Positions 47,770 to 53,870 of a stretch of DNA of 53,870 nucleotides are shown one piece after another. A program made the position numbers and the translations under genes. Every line of letters begins with the position of its first letter. Positions within the stretch are counted from its first letter, which is position 1. The DNA is taken from IMG/VR virus record IMGVR_UViG_3300043119_000046, positions 1 to 53,870 of that record. One strand, 5' to 3'. This stretch comes from a virus. Its lineage: Duplodnaviria > Caudoviricetes. Under the pieces are notes generated by a model, which made no database searches, was not told where the DNA came from, and was given only the letters and a program-made list of their open reading frames with translations.

Positions 47770-47988
47770 CTATCCCGCAAAGTGACGCAAGCGGCGAATC
47801 GTTGCGTTATGTTCAAAGTAAATCGAACGCTTGCCCATATGGATTGCTGTCATGCAATCGTCATGCTTGATAGACCAAGGCAAAGACTTCACCTTGCGCT
47901 TACGGGTCAATCCCTTTTGTCCCATAATGTTGAAGCGGAACCCCTTGGTGCGATCATTCAAGGGTTTGGTTGCGAAGATAACAAACAT
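47770..47988 (-). CDS. first early protein, hypothetical
   Basis: AAGGA RBS; FATKPLND.T.GFRFN..G.KGL.RKR. Confidence 0.6.
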   Translation of the reverse strand: MFVIFATKPLNDRTKGFRFNIMGQKGLTRKRKVKSLPWSIKHDDCMTAIHMGKRSIYFEHNATIRRLRHFAG

Positions 47989-48266
47989 GGTCATTCCTTT
48001 CAGGTTATCATACTAAGGTGTATGGGATGCTATCCCAAAGGATAGACACCGATATACCCTAGGCTATAGACTTTGCCCCTAGTGATCTAGGAATCTATAG
48101 CTGCACGTTTACCTAGCAATCTTCGGCGCATGGTGTTGCACCCTTTTATTTATGCGGCTTGCATAGCGACCGCAGATTGAAACCTACACCATACCACACA
48201 GCGCAATCACGCCAACCTTGTCAGGGTCACATCATCGGGCAAGCCCTAGTGATGCAGTATTGTTAA

Positions 48267-48281
48267 CAATGTCAAAGAGCA
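48267..48281 (-). promoter_or_regulatory. rrn-type boxA antitermination element
   Basis: TGCTCTTTGACATTG on the - strand, just downstream of early promoters. Confidence 0.6.
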
Positions 48282-48322
48282 TGGCCGATAATCAACGGGC
48301 CGTATACGTTGGTCGTATCATC

Positions 48323-48351
48323 AGGTTAGTGTCACGTTGGTTGTTCGTCAA
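48323..48351 (-). promoter_or_regulatory. early sigma70-type promoter
   Basis: TTGACG-17-TAACCT. Confidence 0.6.
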
Positions 48352-48500
48352 CCTATCCTGTAGTATAGTCGTTGGATTGTTCAGGCCCAACACTTCGTTA
48401 TCGCATGAAGTCATACGCTAGAGTATCTCGACCCCAATCAAATTGTGGCCCCGTATCCTAGAGGCTAGTAACCTTGCGGCTATCGTCGCTTAGTGAATTA

Positions 48501-48529
48501 ACCTTAGTCGCAGTCAGTCAGTCAGTCAA
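48501..48529 (-). promoter_or_regulatory. early sigma70-type promoter
   Basis: TTGACT-17-TAAGGT. Confidence 0.6.
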
Positions 48530-48797
48530 GCTATTCTTTCGGATAGTCACTAGGGCTTGCTTACACCCAGCTAGGGCTTATCGGCTTGCTGCATCTTGGT
48601 CAAACCCGCAGGTCGTTCCGTTCAGTCTTGCTTGCCGTCTTTCGATGTTTCCAACAAACAGGATAACCAAATGGAAATCAAGGGAAAGAAAGCATAGGGT
48701 AAAACTACACGAAAGGATAGGTCCGAGATTGGCGATATGAGGAGATAGATAACACGCGAGTGTGCGCGTAGGTGCGCGTGTATGTGTGCGCGAGTGA

Positions 48798-48867
48798 GGA
48801 TATACTTTCGGGTAGCTAATGAGGGATAGGATAGCCTTTGGGATAGGGGGATATACTTTCGGGTAGC
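48798..48867. repeat. 19-bp direct repeat within a GGATAG-rich non-coding tract
   Basis: GGATATACTTTCGGGTAGC at 48798-48816 and 48849-48867. Confidence 0.85.
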
Positions 48868-49151
48868 ATTGCGTATGGGGGATATGATACATCTTTCTGC
48901 TGCTATACGTTCGGATAGGGTGATCATTGCGGTTCCTAGGCGATTCCCGCAAATTCATAAAGATTCATTCTGTATTTTGCATAGTGTTATCAACGTGTTA
49001 GCCTAGTGAATCCTAGGAATCCCACGGCATAGCGCAAAGCTATAACTACAAGCAGGCATAGGGGGGCGGGCATGGACCACACGGGGGTGGGGGGTTAGCG
49101 TATACCAGCTCTGCCAGAAATTAGGAAAATCATAATATGGGTCATGGGGTA

Positions 49152-49180
49152 TTGACAAAGATGGGCCACCGTGTTATAAC
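49152..49180 (+). promoter_or_regulatory. sigma70-type promoter
   Basis: TTGACA-17-TATAAC, then AAGGAG and ATG 49206. Confidence 0.75.
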
Positions 49181-49205
49181 TAGAGGACACCTTAAGGAGA
49201 CTAAC

Positions 49206-49838
49206 ATGACGATGAGCATGGATGAATGGTATGAAGAACGTGTTGCAAAGCCTAAACAAGAGTGGGCAAAAGTATCTCACGCAGCTAAACTCACAAAGCT
49301 AAGGAATAAGATGTCCAAACGGGATATTGAGAGGGAAGTGCGTATTGAGGAACTGGGAGGTAAACCTATTGAGATTCGTTATGGAGTACCCCTAGAGGAG
49401 GACCAAAGAAAGCTACGTATGGAAATCGAGTGGGACTTTAAGTACCCGAATCGTAAAGATAAAAAAGTCCCTGTGGTACGTAAGCCTAAACCTTTTATCT
49501 CTGCTACAGGCTCAAAGAGAAGCAAAGAGCAGTTTATCTACAACGCACTTATGGGTGCAAAGACAAGAGCAAAGCTGAAAGGTGTACCTTTTGAGATATT
49601 AGCTTCGGATATACACATACCAGACAAGTGTCCTGTACTTGGGATACCTTTAGTCTGGGGTGAGCGTCTCACCAACAATACCCCTTCAATAGACCGTGTT
49701 ATCCCAGAGAAAGGTTATGTGAAGGGTAACTGTGTGGTCATATCTATGAAGGCCAATAGGCTTAAGAATAATGCCTCTGAGGAGGACTTAAGGGCAATAC
49801 TTAAGTATGTTACCAATCACACTGACTTTATCTCATAG
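49206..49838 (+). CDS. HNH-like endonuclease
   Basis: AK.RAK.KGVPF, CPVLGIPL, PSIDRVIPEKGYVKGN..VIS..AN..KN. Confidence 0.8.
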   Translation: MTMSMDEWYEERVAKPKQEWAKVSHAAKLTKLRNKMSKRDIEREVRIEELGGKPIEIRYGVPLEEDQRKLRMEIEWDFKYPNRKDKKVPVVRKPKPFISATGSKRSKEQFIYNALMGAKTRAKLKGVPFEILASDIHIPDKCPVLGIPLVWGERLTNNTPSIDRVIPEKGYVKGNCVVISMKANRLKNNASEEDLRAILKYVTNHTDFIS

Positions 49839-50133
49839 GGTGATCTAACTTTTTGTGAACCACACACCTTTTATGTTGAGGTATAACTTTCGCCTTGCTA
49901 TATGGGGTAATATGATACCACAGTTGTAGAAGCCCTAGGAGACACCCTACAGAGCCTCTACATCTCTCCGCTACCCTGACCTAGAAAAACCCGCAGACCC
50001 ATCTCAGCGCCTCTCTCCGTGCGTCTTTTAGCTATCTTGAGGCTGTACACCAGATGGCGGGGGATTCAGCAGGGTCCGAGCTTAGGTATCCCCTGTATTT
50101 TTGATTATCCTTAAATAAATAATAGTTAGGGTC

Positions 50134-50162
50134 TTGACAAAAGGTTGAATTGCGGGTATCTT
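50134..50162 (+). promoter_or_regulatory. possible promoter firing into the tandem repeat
   Basis: TTGACA-17-TATCTT. Confidence 0.55.
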
Positions 50163-50184
50163 ACTTAAGTATACTTAAAGCTAA

Positions 50185-50268
50185 ACATAATGAGATACAT
50201 AATGAGATACATAATGAGATACATAATGAGATACATAATGAGATACGTAATGAGACACATAGTGATCT
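50185..50268. repeat. 12-bp tandem repeat ACATAATGAGAT (5 perfect and 2 degenerate copies)
   Basis: Read directly from the sequence. Confidence 0.95.
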
Positions 50269-50492
50269 CTTTATGCTACTCTAAGCTACCTAAGGCTACC
50301 TTATGCTTTCATAATGATACCTTAAGTATTACTTATATTATTATAAATATAAAGTAAAAGCATAAGGAAGCATAAGGTACAACATGATGTATCTCTCTAT
50401 GTATCTCTTTAAGTATATACGTAGGTAGGAGAAAGAGAATTTCAAGTACCCCCTAGAAAATAATTTCTTCTGTAGTTCAATCAAGAATATGC

Positions 50493-50520
50493 TTGACTAT
50501 GGAGGAACTTGGAGTATAAC
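50493..50520 (+). promoter_or_regulatory. sigma70-type promoter, probably leaderless
   Basis: TTGACT-16-TATAAC; ATG 50526 follows after 5 nt. Confidence 0.6.
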
Positions 50521-50525
50521 TACAC

Positions 50526-50768
50526 ATGAAGTATTTCGCTGATGAAGACGTACTTGGACAATTCTACAAGGCACTAGCTGCTGGTGATGAGAAAGTCCTA
50601 CAGAGGGTTCATATACCTAGGTCTGATGTCTTCTATGTACGTGAGGCAATCCATCAAGCTACTGGTGTAAGATACACACTGGATCGTGTTGAGAGGGCTA
50701 TGTTCTTAGAGAATCACTTAAGAAAACAAGATGTCTTCGAACCAGATCGCAAGAGGGAATGGGAATGA
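50526..50768 (+). CDS. conserved phage protein
   Basis: FY.AL...VHIPRSDVFYVREA motif. Confidence 0.7.
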   Translation: MKYFADEDVLGQFYKALAAGDEKVLQRVHIPRSDVFYVREAIHQATGVRYTLDRVERAMFLENHLRKQDVFEPDRKREWE

Positions 50769-51166
50769 GTCTAAGCCTTGGGCCAACATCACTTAAGAAC
50801 CTTACTGGTGTTCACCCAGACTTGATCGCTGTGGTCAAGAAGGCTATCACCATCACCACTCAAGACTTCACCGTGGGTGAGGGTATGCGTACCCTAGAGC
50901 GGCAGAAGAAGTTGGTAGCTAGTGGTGCTAGTCGGACGATGAACTCTAGACATCTCACTGGTCATGCTGTAGACTTACACCCATATCCTTACAAGGGTGA
51001 TCACGATATGGATGGTATCCCTAACTCAGACGATTGGGATGCCTACAAGCCTATCTATGAGGCTATGAAGCAGGCTGCTAAAGACCTAGGTATTGCTATG
51101 GTACATGGCTGGGACTGGGGTTGGGACGCGCCGCACCACGAGTTGTCTGCTAAGGTCTACAAGTGA
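50765..51166 (+). CDS. endolysin, M15-family peptidase
   Basis: GVHPDL, EG.RT..RQ, SRHLTGHAVDL, DAPHHEL. Confidence 0.88.
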   Translation: MSLSLGPTSLKNLTGVHPDLIAVVKKAITITTQDFTVGEGMRTLERQKKLVASGASRTMNSRHLTGHAVDLHPYPYKGDHDMDGIPNSDDWDAYKPIYEAMKQAAKDLGIAMVHGWDWGWDAPHHELSAKVYK

Positions 51167-51399
51167 TGGGTGAAGAAGATACCCTCCGTCGAGTAGAGAG
51201 ACTTGAAGAAGAAATCTCTAGGCTCTGTGCAACCATCAACGAGCTTAACCTAACCATTGTTGTCTTAAATAAAACTGTAGAAAACATGAGTGCTGCTGAA
51301 AAGCGTAGGACAGAGTTTCGTGACAAGTCGATTTTGTTTGTTATTGGTGGTTTTATCTCTGCTGTTATCTTATGGGTTATTAATGGCGGTCTAGCATGA
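51163..51399 (+). CDS. coiled-coil protein with C-terminal TM helix (holin-like lysis gene)
   Basis: RVERLEE coiled coil plus one hydrophobic helix; next to the endolysin. Confidence 0.55.
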   Translation: MMGEEDTLRRVERLEEEISRLCATINELNLTIVVLNKTVENMSAAEKRRTEFRDKSILFVIGGFISAVILWVINGGLA

Positions 51400-51653
51400 A
51401 GACTTACAAGAGGGAAATCGCTGTAGCCCTCTTGATCTGGTTGGCTTATGTGGTTGAAGTGAAGGATGCTAACATTGTCGAAGTCCTCGTTTGGCCAATC
51501 TTTACGTTCGTTGCTCTTGCTTTTGGCTTGGACTGGTGGAATAAGTCTGGTAACGGGGTGCAGCAACCTACCAATGAAGCTCCTAACAGGGGGCGGACCA
51601 TACGTAGCGGCCAACACCCAAGTAGCGAAGACAGCCACCCAGACAGTCGGTAA
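51396..51653 (+). CDS. putative holin
   Basis: KTYKRE then two hydrophobic helices, AFGLD. Confidence 0.55.
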   Translation: MKTYKREIAVALLIWLAYVVEVKDANIVEVLVWPIFTFVALAFGLDWWNKSGNGVQQPTNEAPNRGRTIRSGQHPSSEDSHPDSR

Positions 51654-51900
51654 GACAGTAGCCACAGGTGACCAAAAGATTGACAAGATTGAGGGTCATG
51701 CTGTCAGAGTTGAGCAGATTCAATCTCAAGATAGCAAGGTTAAAGCTGAAACTGTAGAGAAAGTTGTCATCAATGAGACTCCACCTTGGGTTATCTTGCT
51801 ACTTCTACTAGGATGGCTACTCCCAACACCACAAGATATCGGAAACAGGATTTACTTATGGCTGTCCCACCTCGTATCAAAACTAAAATGGCGGAACTAG
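51466..51900 (+). CDS. putative unimolecular spanin
   Basis: Hydrophobic signal with lipobox LVTGC; C-terminal TM WVILLLLLGWLL. Confidence 0.6.
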   Translation: MLTLSKSSFGQSLRSLLLLLAWTGGISLVTGCSNLPMKLLTGGGPYVAANTQVAKTATQTVGKTVATGDQKIDKIEGHAVRVEQIQSQDSKVKAETVEKVVINETPPWVILLLLLGWLLPTPQDIGNRIYLWLSHLVSKLKWRN

Positions 51901-52151
51901 GCGTTTCTGGTGTAAATAAACCCAAGAAGACCCCTTCTCATGCAACTAAGTCCCATGTTGTTGTTGCAAAAGAGGGTGACAAGTACAAGGTTGTACGTTT
52001 TGGACAGCAGGGTGTGGTAGGTGCAGGTGATAACCCTAAGTCTGCTGCTGACAAAGCACGAAAAAAGAGCTATTATGCTAGACATGATGCTCAGGGTAAG
52101 CCCACCACGAAGCTATCTGCAAAATTTTGGTCGCATAAAATTAAATGGTGA
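51858..52151 (+). CDS. conserved basic phage protein
   Basis: KSHVVVAKEG...RFGQQG...ARKKSYYARH...SAKFWS.K.KW. Confidence 0.7.
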   Translation: MAVPPRIKTKMAELGVSGVNKPKKTPSHATKSHVVVAKEGDKYKVVRFGQQGVVGAGDNPKSAADKARKKSYYARHDAQGKPTTKLSAKFWSHKIKW

Positions 52152-52155
52152 GTCT

Positions 52156-52545
52156 ATGACAATGCTTGGACTAATGATTCCTGAAGAAAAGATTCCTACT
52201 GCTAAAGAGAATAAAGATACCACTGCTTGGTTGATGGAATACTGGTCGCTTGGCCCAGAGGTTGGCTCTGAGAAGCCTGACGACAATGAACCCTTCTGGT
52301 CAGAGATTGCTAAGGTCTGGGATGTTGATGAGGATCAGGCTCGTCGTCAGCTTTGTGCTAACTGCGAGTACTTCGTGGACACACCCAAGATGCTCAAGGC
52401 TCTGGAGCAAGTACCATTCAACGAGTTTGATGCCACTGGTGGTGGTCGTGGTTACTGCAAGAAGTTTGACTTCATCTGCCACAACCTGCGTGTCTGCCAA
52501 GCATGGGAAAACTGTGATCCTATGGCTGAGTATGAGGAAGAGTAG
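52156..52545 (+). CDS. Cys-rich protein with HiPIP-like motif
   Basis: CANCEYF...GYC.KF...C....VCQAW. Confidence 0.55.
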   Translation: MTMLGLMIPEEKIPTAKENKDTTAWLMEYWSLGPEVGSEKPDDNEPFWSEIAKVWDVDEDQARRQLCANCEYFVDTPKMLKALEQVPFNEFDATGGGRGYCKKFDFICHNLRVCQAWENCDPMAEYEEE

Positions 52546-52547
52546 CT

Positions 52548-52937
52548 ATGGGACGCACCAACGAAGCTCTTTGGGAAAAGTCTAAAGCCAAAGCTAAGGC
52601 TAAGATGGGTGGGGAACATTCTGCTAGGGCTATGCAGCTTGCAGGTAAACTCTACAAGGACGCTGGCGGTAAGTACTCTGGGGAAAAGACAACAGCCCAG
52701 AAGTCTCTCTCTAAGTGGGCCAAAGAAGACTGGGGTACGAAGAGCGGTAAGCCATCCAACAAGACTGGTGAACGCTACCTCCCAAAGAAAGCTCGTGAAG
52801 CCCTAACAGACGCTGAGTATGCTGCTACCACTAAAGCTAAGCGCAAAGGCACAGCAGCAGGTAAGCAGTTCGTGAAACAACCTAAGGCTATCGCAGCCAA
52901 AGTCTCAAAGATCAAAGGACGGTCCAATGCCAAGTAA
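52548..52937 (+). CDS. conserved basic phage protein
   Basis: HSARAMQL...YK.AGG.Y...SL.KW....W.TKSGKPS..TGERYLP. Confidence 0.7.
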   Translation: MGRTNEALWEKSKAKAKAKMGGEHSARAMQLAGKLYKDAGGKYSGEKTTAQKSLSKWAKEDWGTKSGKPSNKTGERYLPKKAREALTDAEYAATTKAKRKGTAAGKQFVKQPKAIAAKVSKIKGRSNAK

Positions 52938-53211
52938 TCCATTCCAACGCGCACTACAGACTAATCCAACAGGCTTGATCCGTAACTGGATTCCTGTAAC
53001 TACTAGCGACAGTGCTGACAACGTGGGTACGGGTAACGTAGCTATTGGACTCTATGTCACTGTTGGTGGTACTGTCTCTTGGGTTGACTATGATGGGGTC
53101 ACCATTGGTCCTGTCACTGTACCCAGCAACTTCTACATCAACTGCTCTGTGACTCGTGTACGGGCTACAGGTACTGCTGCTACTGGTATTTTCGCCCTGA
53201 TCTCTGCTTAA
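52927..53211 (+). CDS. head-spike base protein (RcGTA Rcc01079-like)
   Basis: PVT.SD..D...GLYV..GG.V...V.RVRATGT.ATGI.AL. Confidence 0.65.
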   Translation: MPSNPFQRALQTNPTGLIRNWIPVTTSDSADNVGTGNVAIGLYVTVGGTVSWVDYDGVTIGPVTVPSNFYINCSVTRVRATGTAATGIFALISA

Positions 53212-53221
53212 GGTTAGTTCA

Positions 53222-53870
53222 GTGTCCAGTATATCCTTAACCCTCTCCCTACGTGGTAGGCTTCTGTCTAGCAGCAGGGGCGGTGCATTCTCCCCATCAT
53301 CCCTCTTTGCTGCCTCAGAGCAAGGCGTATGGTATGACCCATCTGACCTGACCACACTGTTCCAAGACCACACAGGGGACACGCCTGTGACTGCCGCTGG
53401 ACAGACTGTTGGGAGAATGTTGGACAAATCTGGACGAGGCAACCACGCCACACAAGCCACCACGGCAAGCAGACCTACCTACGGGGTAGTGCCACTGGGT
53501 GGGCGTAGGAACTTGCTGACGTTCACTGAGCAGTTTGATAATGCTGTTTGGGGTAAAAACGGAGCTATTGTATCAGGCAGTGCTGGATCACAGAAGCTTG
53601 TCGAAGCTGCAATTACAGGGGAGCATCTAATATATGTCAATGCTGGGATATCCACGACCTCTGGGCAAAGCTATAAGTTCTTTGCAGATGTCACATCCGC
53701 AGAAAGAACTCAATGTTATTTTTCATTTACCACGTCGGGGCTTCGTTCGGGTTCTTATTTTAATCTTACTGCTCTTACTACCACGCCAGATGCGGGGGTG
53801 ACAGCAACCATTACTGACATTGGTGGGGGAAAGCGTAGATGCTCTATAAGCCAGACAGTCGGTTCTACAG
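53222..53870 (+). CDS. head-spike fibre protein (Rcc01080-like N-terminus); continues at 128-918
   Basis: GVWYDPSDLTTLFQD..G.TPVTA.GQ.VG.MLDKSGRGNHATQ.T...RP; absent from the ORF track because it is open at the window end. Confidence 0.7.
   Translation, partial: MSSISLTLSLRGRLLSSSRGGAFSPSSLFAASEQGVWYDPSDLTTLFQDHTGDTPVTAAGQTVGRMLDKSGRGNHATQATTASRPTYGVVPLGGRRNLLTFTEQFDNAVWGKNGAIVSGSAGSQKLVEAAITGEHLIYVNAGISTTSGQSYKFFADVTSAERTQCYFSFTTSGLRSGSYFNLTALTTTPDAGVTATITDIGGGKRRCSISQTVGST

Noticed and set aside
48218-49280. ORF-track entries in the inter-arm region
   Set aside because: No RBS or motifs; they overlap promoters and repeats, so the region is treated as non-coding
49840-50100. Possible structured DNA element (CTACAGAGCCTCT, GCTACCCTGACCTAG, CTCAGCGCCTCTC)
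   Set aside because: It looks non-random, but I could not define a convincing repeat or stem by eye
50185-50268. CRISPR array
   Set aside because: 12-bp units are contiguous with no spacers, and there is no cas operon; the Cas4-like exonuclease is a normal phage replication gene
53744-53870. Terminal repeat as a biological DTR
   Set aside because: It is exactly 127 bp (a common assembler k-mer) and falls in the middle of a gene, so it is best explained as a circularisation artefact
1-53870. Many antisense and nested ORFs in the six-frame track; alternative genetic code
   Set aside because: They are shadows of the real genes. Core genes are full length under the standard code, so there is no sign of stop-codon reassignment

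Overview
This is an apparently complete dsDNA tailed-phage genome assembled as a circle. Bases 1-127 repeat at 53744-53870, leaving 53,743 unique bp. Gene content is podovirus-like, and the host is probably alphaproteobacterial (Rhodobacteraceae-like; inferred). There are two convergent arms meeting at a bidirectional terminator (~24170-24195). The + arm (~49200 across the origin to 24168) carries lysis genes, RcGTA-like head spike genes, basic small proteins, terminase, portal, scaffold, capsid, tail and internal virion proteins. The - arm (~48000 to 24221) carries early genes, a C5 methyltransferase-like gene, rIIA/rIIB, a tyrosine recombinase, ThyX, primase-helicase, family A DNA polymerase, SSB, exonuclease, metallophosphatase, MazG-like, DUF1127, class II RNR, glutaredoxin and PhoH. 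No RNA polymerase, CRISPR array, RT or canonical tRNA was seen. The main highlights are: (1) intron-less homing-endonuclease invasions of essential genes, where the polymerase is split into two separately translated halves and nrdJ appears to have lost its N-terminus to a GIY-YIG gene that supplies a replacement start; (2) four copies of an asymmetric C-loop-like RNA motif in the scaffold and capsid leaders; (3) a shared [MF]x[KED]GG peptide tag in several virion-arm proteins; (4) strong CCWGG avoidance; (5) an rrn-type boxA and modular leaders in the early region. All product calls come from motif recognition by eye; no database searches were run.
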